This document shows, in pieces, positions 25,501 to 36,491 of a DNA stretch of 36,924 nucleotides (position 1 is the first letter of the stretch; the number at the start of each line of letters is the position of its first letter). The translations under genes and the position numbers were made by a program. Source of the DNA: Priapulus caudatus (taxonomy: Eukaryota); NCBI RefSeq assembly GCF_000485595.1, contig NW_014577066.1:297337-334260 (forward strand), written 5' to 3'. A model generated the notes under the pieces. The model searched no databases, was not told the DNA's origin, and saw only the letters and a list, made by a program, of their open reading frames with translations.

Positions 25501-28500
25501 AAACTCAAGATATACGGCCGGACCTGACTACGATTAATGCTGTGCTGGAGTTGTTGTCTAAGTTTGGCAATTGGAAGCTGGCGAGGGGTCAGAGTCTCAG
25601 CGTGCTGGCTGAGATGAAACGGCTGGGAATCGGTTAGTAGTGACTTCAGCTATCAAATCCTATACGTGTAATTATTTCGTATCAATGTTATCGTAATCAA
25701 TATTTCCTATCAAGTACGTTGTTTCGCTGCTGTTTTGCTGCGTTTGTGTCCAAGACACCAAATCGTTACGCATCGTGGTTAGCTTTGCAAATCTGGCATG
25801 AATTTTTTTGTCTTTAATGGTTTTTGTTTTTGCAGAGCCAAGCTTAGGAAGTTACTATTTCGTGCTAATGACCTGGTGTAAGGACAGTAAGTATGTTATG
25901 AATAAGCATTCTCAAATAGTGTGTAAATCACAAACAACTTCAAAGCCCATAAAGTGGCTTCTTTTCTTCTTTTTCATTCTTTATTTTCTGCTGGGAACAT
26001 TACCTAACTCCGTGTGCAAAGTCTCGCTCACCTGCAGATTATGGTTGCACTCTGATACGGTTTACCAAAATCTGTATTAAGATATCGATTTATCTAATAT
26101 AATATGTAGAGACCTAAATCCCTGCAGTGTATTGTTATGCTCTTGTTGTACGGTATGATAATGCTTAGTTGTTCGCATTGTCTGAAGACATTTTCCTTGG
26201 AGAGAAAGTAAAGATTGATTAGATCCTATCGACAGGTAAACGATGGAGTGTTTTCATATTTAGTTGCTCATGCTGAGCTTCGTTCATTCTTCTCATCTGT
26301 ACAGAGGGCCCGATCAGTACCATCCTTCATGACATCATGAAGCACATCGACAACAAAGATCTCACCATCCGCCACCTCAGCGACTTGAACTTCTTCGTGG
26401 CAGCGATGGATGTGGTGAGTGACAGCGCCCATGGTGGCCGGACCCTGTGATGTCCCAGGGGCCCGTCGTCAGAATCATCATAAATTGTTAGGTTATCACC
26501 AGTCTGGAAGGTCATAACCTTGGAAGTGAACTGACGTGCAAAAGCTATGACATTTTGGGCTCACGATGTGATCACGGTTCATGATGTTTGTGACGATGTG
26601 CTCCAAATCTTTCGTTTCCCGGAATCTGTACGAACCCACTTTTTAGACCTACTTCACTAGATTCAATATCGTGACATCAATTCGCCCCTCTCAATACATA
26701 GTAAGTAAATTACTATCTATAACAATGTTAACAAGTTAGTAAGATAATGGGATGTTCACGTGTGTGTAATCTAAGGTAACATTAACGTGTTTTGCTGGTC
26801 AGAGTGGCTTTCTCGTGTGATCGTGATTCGGTATGTGTTGCGAAGTGTCGGCACGCGTGTGTTTGCAGTGTCACAGTCACCTGTGTGACATGAGGCTGGC
26901 CTACAGGGTGCACAGGCTCGTACACCGGGGCAACAACATATTGCTGCTGGGCGATTCCTTCAAGCAGTCCACCTACTAGTGAGTGACACGACAGTAATTT
27001 TAACAGAAGCAATGCATGCCGAACCACAACCAAATGGTTTTCCTCAGTTTATCAGTGATCAGGTTCAAGTTTATTGTCCACTACAAAGCTTATTGCTCAT
27101 GGAAAAAGAAAATGGCACGTGTAAGCCCAAACAAACATGTGTTTAATATGTCTCTTGTGCAGATCACAGAGTGTTCGTGATAGGCTTGTTAACTTTAACA
27201 GTATGCGCTTATATAAGCAAGTATGCAGATATTCCCATTGCATGGAATCTTTGGACTGGTTTTGACTTTCTAACGATCTGTTTCACCTGTGTATCTTCTT
27301 GCAGCATGCATTTCTTCCGGTTACTGTGTGCCACTGAATCTGTTGAGAAGCTGTTTGAATATTATGAAGACTTGGTGCCAAATGTAAGTAAACCTTTGAC
27401 TCATACATAGGTTTTGTTGATGCAGGTTTTGTTAGTGTGAAAAGTAAGATGTATTATGGTTTTTTACAATCGTGGGGTATGGTTCGTATGTAGGTGTGCG
27501 TTTTGTTTGCGCCAACAGTAAGACATGGTTGAATTTGTGATTATTGTGGAATATGGTTCATGTGCAGGACAGGTGCAAGATTTGTTTGGGAAAACAGTAA
27601 GAGGTTTTCGAGTTTGTTATAATCGTTTGATGTGGTTCGTATGCAAACATAAATTTTATTTGCGTGGATAGTAAGAAACGTTTGAGTTTGTTATTATCGT
27701 GGGGGTTTGGTTTATATGCAGGTGTACACACCAGAGCCTAGTGTCATGATGGACGTCATCAGGAACCTCGATGCAAACAGTGCCCTCGAGCACCTGCCTA
27801 GAGTCTGGTCGGGTATGCGTCGTCACCTCAGAGAATTAATTACAGCAATACCGAGTTATCGTTACCCAGGATGTTACTGTACTCATGTCCACGTGCAAAT
27901 GTCTAAAAGATGCGTTGGAGCTAATCTCTGCGCAACACGAAGAGGATTGGATTTACCACAAAACGCATGTGGAAACAACCCCTGTGGTTGCTATCAGGAG
28001 CACATTGCACCCCTAGTAAATGTTAGATTTTTCAACGAATATGAATACAATATGAATGAATGTATTGTACGTGTAAAATGTTGTATGCAGTTGCGTAAAT
28101 TGGTCACGCTCTACGGATATGACAGTGTTCCATGTAGAGTAAGCATTTCACGGTACGAGTGCTTTGTGTGTAAATTGTTGTATGCAATTGTTACCTGCAT
28201 TGCTCAAACCTTACAGATATGATCATGTTTGACATGACGCAGCGAGAGATGCTTCTGACAGAGCTGTTGCACGTCATGGGACGGGAGAAACTCGACGATA
28301 CCCAGGTAAGCGCGAGGGGGGTCGTCACAGCTGTGATTAAATAGATTCTATCATAAAGAAGGAAAGGAAATCAAGGAAATAAATATTGTGTCTTGGTTCT
28401 TTTAGTTGATGGAGAGGTTTGGCTTCATAGCATGGGACATCAAGACAAGAATTGATGCAAAGCTGTCAGATCGAACGTACAAATCACCAACTCAGTGAGT

Positions 28501-29619
28501 TGATATTTATTCATCTATCAACTAAAGACGCTCAGTGCAGATTACTGTAAAATTCTCGTATGTCCGTGATGTTACTGGTGTAGCTGCTAGCTTTTTATTT
28601 TCTACATATATGAAATAAAATGATATTTTTCAAATGAGTGGAAATTCATTGACTTAACAAAGTGGTGAATCATGCATGCACATATTCTATGCCTCTCTAT
28701 GCTTCTTTTGTGTGTTGCTACATAAATTTGTACATAGAGAATGCTTAAATAGAGCATGCTTCATAAAATTAAGTGTTACACATGAAACAATGTGAAAATA
28801 AATTTCCATTGTAAACGAATTACACTCTAACACTGCACCTGCCAGGTGGACAGGGGAGATGGTTGGTGACGTCATCGTCGTCTGCCTGCGGGCGGCCATG
28901 TTTGAGCAGGCGTGGGAGATGTTAGAAGCACTGGAGCGACAGGAGCACAACATACTGGGCTTCCCCAGCGAGCGCGTCATGCAGGAACTCGTGGAGGCCT
29001 GCATAGAGCATGCAGACTCGCGCAGGGCTGTGGTGAGTGTGGCAACCCCACAAGCATTTTCACTCTCATTACAGATGCCATTTCTCACACATCACATTCT
29101 GCATACACTGGACTACAGGCAAGCGGGTGAAATCAAATCCCAGCATTTAAGTCTGTAATGATCTTTTTCATTCACATATTTTTTTTGATAAAAACCTATT
29201 TTTGTTTGTATAATTCGATTCATTAGTACTCTTGTTTTGATGTTGCAGAAGTGCATAACGGTGAGCTCAGAAATAGGGTATCCAGAAACTCCCAACTTTG
29301 CTCGCCAGGTGGCGTGCAAGCTAAAGCTGACGGATTCAGAAAGGTACGTCAGGATGACTTGGCTTTGTCGCAATTTTATCGCAATAGAGAAATTTAAAGA
29401 TTTGAATCACGAAAGCAATTTATGTTAGTTCTCTCTAGTGTAGCTTAACATTGTTAATATGTTGCACTATTAGTATTATTCATTATTTTACTTCTTTCAA
29501 ATTGCAGGTCGTTTCCCCTGCAAATGTTATCCGTATAGTTGATGGTATTCTTCTTTTATTACAGAGCTCAAATGATAGATATTGTTGGATCAGACGCCCT
29601 GGAGTCTGCATCAGTATGA
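16517..29619 (+). CDS. PTCD3: Pentatricopeptide repeat domain-containing protein 3 / mitoribosomal protein mS39. Exons: ~16517-16600 (noisy), 21866-21949, 22220-22265, 22400-22468, 22625-22732, 22984-23107, 23327-23468, 23997-24087, 24992-25052, 25165-25247, 25482-25632, 25836-25886, 26305-26414, 26869-26978, 27305-27383, 27722-27812, 28217-28305, 28406-28494, 28846-29032, 29249-29343, 29565-29619.
   Basis: The spliced frame is continuous with consistent phases: EIVIPDRIERGPTDILRALASTVARDQTAAHYKYHDDPFFIP..RSYALSKESGRKAA.., PPR-like motifs (YKLIIRGMVKYYQVEKAYALFREMQDKG; VDLSTYNAIL; EMKRLGIEPSLGSYYFVL), ending ..DALESASV*. With the clean exon 1 (772-848) the total is 1992 nt, or 663 aa. Confidence 0.95.
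16763..17397. mobile_element. hAT-like MITE (caggg.tcgaattaa ... ttaattcgagccct) in PTCD3 intron 1
   Basis: Terminal inverted repeats are present. It starts where homology to the 1-975 copy breaks off. Confidence 0.65.
17405..18195. mobile_element. Foldback element with ~330-bp inverted arms
   Basis: ccatataacttttttatattttggtga.gg..ttatattggga.ca (17441-17490) is inverted at 18122-18168. ccttgcacagatatg.tgtatacatt (17613-17637) is inverted at 17963-17989. Confidence 0.8.
18200..19058 (+). mobile_element. Degenerate LINE ORF2 (RT C-terminal) fragment, CR1/L2/Jockey-group-like, interrupted by a MITE
   Basis: Frameshifted motifs VR.PIMEY...VWDP, EKIQHRAA.F and YKNSFFVHTVIEWNHL, typical of the C-terminal region of non-LTR retrotransposon ORF2. 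Confidence 0.75.
18747..18940. mobile_element. Small MITE (gtggctata..gcccggcagccgg TIRs, internal TTAGGG repeats) inserted in the LINE fragment
   Basis: gtggctataat..gcccggcagccgg ... ccggctgccgggcatatagccac. Confidence 0.8.
19370..19930 (+). mobile_element. Second degenerate LINE ORF2 3' fragment
   Basis: SDLHWNAHIDYI..KAS.AFGML.RNL; LAFNTMVLPILEYASP.W.PY; DSFKFRFF...WNSLP. Confidence 0.75.
20007..20794 (+). mobile_element. Internally deleted DNA transposon retaining a transposase N-terminal remnant (hAT/ZNF862-like TTF zinc finger)
   Basis: Inverted ends gaggtt.t..ggcttcc / ggaagcctagaacctc, with subterminal gtggctaa repeats. The remnant peptide reads MASRQSLMKDFF.. then SEFKGLIKENDVLLCSWCNEAGKNNV (CxxC). 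Confidence 0.55.
21354..21704 (+). mobile_element. MITE, copy A (caggg..g.gaaattaac TIRs), 5-bp TSD tagtc
   Basis: tagtc|cagggtgcgaaattaac ... gttaatttctacccctg|tagtc. Confidence 0.9.
23690..23825. repeat. Degenerate (TGTCA/TGTCG)n pentamer microsatellite
   Basis: Direct reading of the sequence. Confidence 0.85.
24103..24807 (-). mobile_element. MITE, copy B (inverted relative to copy A), 5-bp TSD aacac, with a nested insertion
   Basis: aacac|tagggggtagaaattaac ... gttaatttcgcaccctg|aacac. It is the reverse complement of 21354-21704 apart from the insert. Confidence 0.9.
24394..24727. mobile_element. Nested MITE (caagggcgtagcc-type TIRs), 7-bp TSD tcctgca
   Basis: tcctgca|caagcgcgtaagccgg ... 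cctggctacgcccttg|tcctgca. The empty site is seen in copy A. Confidence 0.85.
27400..27721 (+). repeat. Degenerate ~60-bp tandem repeat (~5 units) filling a PTCD3 intron
   Basis: Recurrent motif ..agtaaga....ttt...ta.(a/t)atcgtgggg.atggttcgtatg(c/t)ag. Confidence 0.7.
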
Positions 29620-31393
29620 CCATCGGCATGAGGCCTGATGCTGCTAGCACTGTGTTACATCATAGGACATAGCTCCACATTAAAAGCCAACAGTTTAATC
29701 GTTTACACCTGCCATCGTCCGCAAGACACTCCAAAACGTCCACGGAAAAAGTGGTGCCATCTATAGCATAGCCATACACGAAGGCCTGTCTTAATCCCGG
29801 TCTTTGTTTCTTCCGGTCTTAATCCCGGTCTGATATTATCTATGTTGTAAGTCACGTGAACTTATTGGCAACAGATCGTGGTAGGAGTAGTTGGTTATGT
29901 CAGCAAATTAATGAAAGGGAAAAGAAAATTGGGTTTATGGCCTGGTTTTGCTCATGACTTCACATGCTCGTGTAGTAAGTCAGCTTAATTGATTGTTGCA
30001 GTAAAGAGTTCAGTTTGAATTGGTTCGAGGCACTTGAACTACTTTTCTGAGATTCTTCAGTAACGATTACACCGATGAAGTTGGAGGTGGCACGGTAGTG
30101 ATGAATGTCGGTTAAAAATTGGTCGTTTTAATGTCACAATTACAGAAATAAGTTGTCTGATGTCGCAGTTCTACACACTGCTAACTGTTAAACGATTAGG
30201 TAGGGCATGGCAATAAGCTTTGGTGATCCCCAAGCATTTCAGACATGTCAGGTGCTGCCACCTCATACCTGTACTAGTAACTAGTCTTTATTGTACTGTG
30301 TCGGTGAAGCTGAGAATTGTGAAGAAAACAAAAATTTGCGTCATTGTAATTTCATAAAATATTATATTCATGTAATATGAGCGTTGTTCATATACTGAAC
30401 ACTGTAGATGTATCAATAAGGCCATCATAAACCTTGTCACCATTTTCTTACTAATTATGGCTTGGTATTTGTTGTAATTTTATTACAGACTTGGTAGTAT
30501 TCTGATACACATACACACGTGTACACAATAACTAAAGAAACAAGATCTGCCATTCAGAGGTGATATCAAGCACTCCCACTTTGGCCCAGAATTCCACCCG
30601 CCGATGAGAGAAAGGGCCTGCGCAGGCCATTTTAATGGTCAGTTCACAGCATTTAGCAACGCTTTGAGGGGGTACACACACACAGACGCACACACACATA
30701 CATCAGTATTTCACGTATGGTCTGCTGGAAATTACACGAACTCCCTGTACCTGAAAATGCCAGATCCTCTTCCTTTAAAATATATTTTATAAGAAAAATA
30801 TGAAAACCGAAATGAAGCATTACATAAGCTATAAGGTCTGTAGCAGAGAGGACTGTACTAGCTGTGATAGGTCTACACTGAGCTGATAGAAACTAGACTG
30901 TTACAGCATACGGTCACACATTTCCCAATAAAATCACAGTCACAGCTGTAAGGAACCTGTAATGTCTGCTAAAAATATATCAATCTTCAAACAGAAAACT
31001 GTAACAGGCGTTGCCCAATAAAACAATTTTCAGTAAAACCAATACAGTGCATATACTGTGCACTAGAATGATTAACGACAAATATCATATGACGATAAAA
31101 TATAATGCATATTAATTATGCTCATATATAGCGCACATCTAAAATTCTTTAACTCATAACAGCAATATTTCTGTCTGATATGACATAACAAAGAGGGTCT
31201 AGTGGATTTGTTTAAACAGCTTACTCGTTGCCATGACAAGTAAGGGGAATCACATAATCATAATGTGTCCATAATGACTCATGTGACATTCACGCTTCAT
31301 TATGACATCTTCAGGGAAGCTTTCAAGGCAAATATTGATTAGCAAGAACCTACGAAATATACTTAAATAATATATTTAGACATACGTTGGTTC

Positions 31394-31816
31394 TAGGGCT
31401 GTAACGATCCACCGAAATCGAATCGAATCGAATCGAGATTCTCTTCCTTCGATCCGATCCTCGATATTTTTCCCCGTATTTTCGATTCCACTTCGATACC
31501 ACTTTTTCCCTCCAATAGATGGCGGCACTACGCTATATACTGTGGAGTGTTACCAGAGCATATAAATCACTGATTTATATGCTCTGGTGTTACTCACCAA
31601 TGTTACTCAGCGACTGTGCAGTGTATATATACTCTTTAGACTGTAGTCTATTCACCATTTAGTATTCATTGGCAATTTCTAATAATTTATTATTGCAAAA
31701 TAATGAAAATATGATAACATTTCAATATTTTGGGAATCGAATCAAAGGAATCGAATTGAGAGGCTAATATCGAGAACCGGATGGAATCGAGAGGCTTGTG
31801 CATCGTTACAGCCCTA
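31394..31816. mobile_element. hAT-type MITE, TIR tagggctgtaacgat, 8-bp TSD gttggttc, with subterminal (aatcg)n
   Basis: gttggttc|tagggctgtaacgat ... atcgttacagcccta|gttggttc. Confidence 0.93.
31554..31586. mobile_element. 33-bp palindromic micro-MITE, copy 2, 7-bp TSD gtgttac
   Basis: gtgttac|cagagcatataaatca c tgatttatatgctctg|gtgttac. Confidence 0.8.
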
Positions 31817-32612
31817 GTTGGTTCACAGCATTAGTTATAGACTAGTAAAAATTGCAATAAACATGGTGAATTTACAGGAATGCATAAAGAAATTAACCGT
31901 GTATTTGTCCAATTACGACAATTCATAACTACGTCTCTGGAAAACCAAACTGAACGTCTTTGCAACACTGAAACGTGTCTTTGGTAAACTGCAAGTCTTT
32001 GGAAAACTGAATACATGATTTTCAACAATGTAGCAATTAAATTTCAGCCAGTATAAGAAGAGCTATAACACACGATCGACTAGAGTGCGATTCTGACATA
32101 TCTTGGCAAAGTGGGACCCACTCACTGGTGCTTTATCATAAAAAATATCAAAGTGAGCAGCACGGACAGGGTAAATATAACGAAATAGCAATATGGCTAT
32201 CAATTACCTACATTCAATCAATCAATAAAAATACAATAAAATAATGGCTTCATTACTTTAAAAGAGATCCCCATTACTAGTACTTGACTTTAAAACACAT
32301 ATAAATATCCACGTACAGTTTGAAAATAATAAAGAAGTAAATAGATTTACCTTGTAAGAAACCACAAAGAACAAAATTCAAAAATAAAATCTTTGGCATC
32401 GTTTTGGCTCTAGCATAATGAGATCGTCAGTGAGAAAGGGGACACAAAGTTATATATGTTGGGTGAAGCTAAAGCTATGAGCTGGTGTATAAACCAGCCC
32501 CAGTCCTTTTTATAGACCATGCACGACGAACAGTGCATGCTATCGTATAGGGAAAACTCTACACCTCACCATATACATTATTGTAATTGAATTATATATT
32601 ATATTTAATATG

Positions 32613-33238
32613 TATTATCAGAAGTAGATAATAGGGAAGGAGTGTGACTTCAATAAACAAGGGAAATTCGTCATTTACTAGCCTTCGAATACCTACGATT
32701 TACTACGCGTAACTCAACCAACCAAAATCGTTTTCTCGTATACACCCGCAATCCGGAGATACAGACTAAAACGTACGACACGATTCTCCATTCTGTTGCC
32801 AGCAAGAGAAGCTGGAGCTGCTGCTGATTGCGGTGGGCGTGCGTGCGTGAGGGGCATACCAGCTGTAAATAGGCCATAGCTCGCCGAGTGTTGCGTCGAT
32901 GTCCAATCTCCCAGCGAGCCACACCGCATCGCCGAGGGCACAAGAGTGTGCAAGAGTCGTTAGTAGCTGCCTTTTGTTTCAAGTTAGGCGGGTTATACAT
33001 TCGGTTTGCTGGCAACAGAATGGAGAATCATGTCGTACGTTTTAGTCTGTATCTCCGGATTGCGGGTGTATACGAGGAAACGATTTTGCACGATGCTAGG
33101 AGAATGTACTGTGTACGATTTGAGCTCAAGTTGGTTGAGTTACGTGTAGTAAATCGTAGGTATTCTAAGGCTAGTAAATGACGAATTTCCCTTGTTTATT
33201 GAAGTCACACTTCTTCCCTATTATCTACTTCTGGTATT
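32613..33238. mobile_element. Foldback/MITE with ~190-bp near-perfect inverted arms and a ~200-bp GC-richer spacer
   Basis: 32613-32721 pairs with 33130-33238, and 32722-32803 pairs with 33007-33089. The right arm has ~40 extra bp at ~33090-33129. Confidence 0.88.
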
Positions 33239-33572
33239 ATGTATATTGTACATATTACGATTATGCATATTGTATTATAATGCAATTTTCTGCATGGTGC
33301 CTGGGGATATAAAACAGACTATCTTCATCACACTCGGCCATTTTGATTTCGATTTGTAAACCAGCTGCTATTAAATACAATGCCAGCAGCTAGGTGCCTT
33401 AATCAACATAATGCATCCTCAAAAAGATAGTGCACATCTTCTAGTTTGAACTTATCTGCTCTGCGCCTTTCGACGAGTCATGAATCTCTCATTCTGCCGT
33501 GCATGGCATCGGCGGCATTGGCACGCGTGGTTATCGTCTGTTGCCATGACAACACCTTGCCACACACGCTCA

Positions 33573-35461
33573 TCACAGTGTCATCACGTGCGGATGCCTC
33601 TGCAAGACAAGACATCGTGTAGACAGATAAGCCATAAACTATAGATAGATAAACATCAACATGGCAGCTGTTCGACCCCACCCCAGCATGGCTACGACGC
33701 ACAAGTGAAGGTCGAATGGATCAGACACGGAAAATGTGAGCTTGCCACGCCTTGCAGTCACCGTGTCACGAGTGGTCGTGGAACCCACAGCCACGTGTCA
33801 TCTGCATGTGCCTGCGGCGACCCCTGCGTGCCAACTCGCAAATAGGCGTGCTGGGGAAGCTGACATAATCTTACGGTCCCAATACAATCGACGGGCACTT
33901 CCGTGATGTGTTGTCACGTACCAGTTGCCAGCGCAAGGCCTGGATCCACCCTTGAGCCTCTGCACCCGTTGATGCATACATGAAGAAAGTCCTCCATGGA
34001 AACACCAACCTGATAACATAATGAAGGTGGCCAATGAATTCGTCTGGCACAAGTGAACCTTTATATAACAACAGCGAGAGAGCAACAGTAAGCTGAGGAT
34101 GACGAATTACCTCATGCCCCGCCTGAGTGAATTGCCATACCCCCAGCCTCTGTCCCCTACCTGCTGCCATGCCCCCTCCCTCCATCCCTCACCTGCTGCC
34201 GTGCCCCCTCCCTCCATCCCCCACCCACTGCTGCATCCCCTCCCTCTATCTCCTACCCACTGCCGTGTCCCCTCCCTCCATCCCCCACCCGCTGCTGCGT
34301 CCCTTCCCTCCATCCCCCACCCACTGCTGCATCCCCTCCCTCTATCTCCCACCCACTGCCGTGTCCCCTCCCTCCATCCCTCACCCGCTGCCGTGCCCCC
34401 TCCCTCCATCCCCCACCCGCTGCCGTGTCCCCTCCCTCCATCCCCCACCCGCTGCCGCGTCCCCCTCCCTCCATCCCCACCTGCTGCCGTGTCCCCTCCC
34501 TCCATCCCCCACCCGCTGCCGCGTCCCCCTCCCTCCATCCCCACCTGCTGCCGTGTCCCCTCCCTCCATCCCCCACCCGCNNNNNNNNNNNNNNNNNNNN
34601 NNNNNNNNNNNNNNNNNNNNNNNNNNNNNNNNNNNNNNNNNNNNNNNNNNNNNNNNNNNNNNNNNNNNNNNNNNNNNNNNNNNNNNNNNNNNNNNNNNNN
34701 NNNNNNNNNNNNNNNNNNNNNNNNNNNNNNNNNNNNNNNNNNNNNNNNNNNNNNNNNNNNNNNNNNNNNNNNNNNNNNNNNNNNNNNNNNNNNNNNNNNN
34801 NNNNNNNNNNNNNNNNNNNNNNNNNNNNNNNNNNNNNNNNNNNNNNNNNNNNNNNNNNNNNNNNNNNNNNNNNNNNNNNNNNNNNNNNNNNNNNNNNNNN
34901 NNNNNNNNNNNNNNNNNNNNNNNNNNNNNNNNNNNNNNNNNNNNNNNNNNNNNNNNNNNNNNNNNNNNNNNNNNNNNNNNNNNNATCCCCTCCCTCCATC
35001 CACCACCTGCTGCTGCATCCCCTCCCTCCATCCCGCACCCGCTGCCGCGTCCCCTCTCTCCATCTCCCACCCGCTCCTGCATCCCCTCCCTCCATCCCGC
35101 ACCCGCTGCCGCGTCCCCTCTCTCCATCTCCCACCCGCTCCTCGAGTCCCCTCCCTCCATCCCGCACCCGCTGCCGCGTCCCCTCTCTCCATCTCCCACC
35201 CGCTCCTGAGTCCCCTCCCTCCATCCCCCACCCGCTGCTGTGTCCCCTCCCTCCATCCCCCACCCGCTGCCACGTCCCCTCCCTCCACCCCCCGCCCCTT
35301 CTCGGCACTCACTTGAAGCAGTGCTCCTTGTCCTTGGTGTTGTCGGTCTCACAGCCACGTGCCTCCTCGAGCAGCATTGTGCGAATCGCCTCCTTGTCGT
35401 TCTTGTCCTTGAAGTAGCTCAGCTCGTTGCGCGTCAGCACAAACCACCTCGTCTTCCAGCT
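33573..35461 (-). CDS. DAPP1: C-terminal PH-domain exons of a DAPP1/Bam32-like adaptor (35461-35313, 34009-33922, probable last exon 33599-33573); the 5' part lies outside the window
   Basis: Spliced: SWKTRWFVLTRNELSYFKDKNDKEAIRTMLLEEARGCETDNTKDKEHCFK|LVFPWRTFFMYASTGAEAQGWIQALRWQL. This closely resembles the DAPP1 PH domain (WKTRWF.L.RNEL.YFKD..LVFP.RTFY...WI..LRW.L). The last exon is uncertain. Confidence 0.8.
34140..35300. repeat. C-rich (G-rich on minus strand) ~31-33-bp minisatellite in a DAPP1 intron, with an assembly gap at 34581-34984
   Basis: Unit cccgctgccg(c/t)gtcccctccctccatccccca. Confidence 0.95.
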
Positions 35462-35493
35462 CTGCAAGCACGCGGTAGAAGACAGGCTGACGA

Positions 35494-35650
35494 CAATTAG
35501 TTGGCGTCTTCAATAGGGTGTTGGGCAACCAGTAGGTGACGCCTTGAGTAGCATTTGGGCTGGCCAGTAGGTGGCGCCTTGAGTAGAAGTTGGGGTAGCC
35601 AGTAGGTGGTGCCTTGAGTAGCATTTGTTGTGACCAGTTGGTGGCGCCTC
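35494..35650 (+). repeat. 35-bp tandem repeat (4-5 units) with CTCF-like core ccagtaggtggcgcc
   Basis: Cores start at 35529, 35564, 35599 and 35634, an exact 35-bp period. Confidence 0.85.
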
Positions 35651-36491
35651 AAAAGTCAAGAAGCGAGTGACCGGAGGGGGGGGGAGGGGTGACACAAGAT
35701 GATTACTATTCCCAAGAAGAGCTCTACGATGCCTAGCAATCCTACACCAGACTATCTCAACACCAGTCACCTCACTGAGAGCATGCAACAGCATGCGCCT
35801 TGCCCACACTACAAACCACCTTTCAAAAAACGGCAATCGAATATAAACGTGCGCTACAACAAATACGCGAGACTGAAATCTTGCTACGGTCTGCCTGGGC
35901 CCGTTCACACCCGTGTTATATATGCTAATCGCTCGATAATCGCAAGATGCACTGTGTCGCGATTGCGGCGGTCGCCGTACGTGTACGCGAGAATGCCTTA
36001 CGTCGCTAACAGCACACCACTACTCGTGCAGACCACGTCACGTTCATAGCACACGCGCGCGCACACACATCGATCGCACTCTACGAATGGCAGCGTGCGA
36101 TGACAACCACTGCATTCCAATCGTTCTGCTTTCCGAAATGGCAGCACGCGATGACAATTATTCTAAAGTGTCTCTAGTCAAAGTGGGGCGGCACGCGACA
36201 GCAATCACTCGGTTCCGAATGAAGGAACGCGGCGCCAACTGTTCCGTATCGAATCAGACAGACAGCTACGTTCGTACGTGACATTCCGGAGACAAGCCCC
36301 GCACTTCTATCGACGGAGAGGACTTACCGGCGAGCTCGTACAATCCATCTTAATGTCGGCAAAACAGAACGCACCCAGAACGGTAAAGTTTGTGATAAAC
36401 GGCAGCGAGACATTAGCTCTTATATCCAATACGAGCACAGGGGGCCGCGACACCCTCGACTTTTGTAGCCAGGGGATGATTCTATTAATTA

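Noticed and set aside
29788..29832. Short direct repeat gtcttaatcccggtc (twice) in the PTCD3 3' UTR
   Set aside because: A small local duplication with no further structure or copies seen in the window.
32671..33181. Paired ORFs with near-identical peptides on opposite strands
   Set aside because: They simply reflect the inverted arms of the foldback element and have no recognisable domain.
34099..35417. Long Pro-rich and Gly/Trp-rich ORFs (325-405 aa) in all frames
   Set aside because: They are artefacts of a stop-free minisatellite plus an N gap inside a DAPP1 intron.
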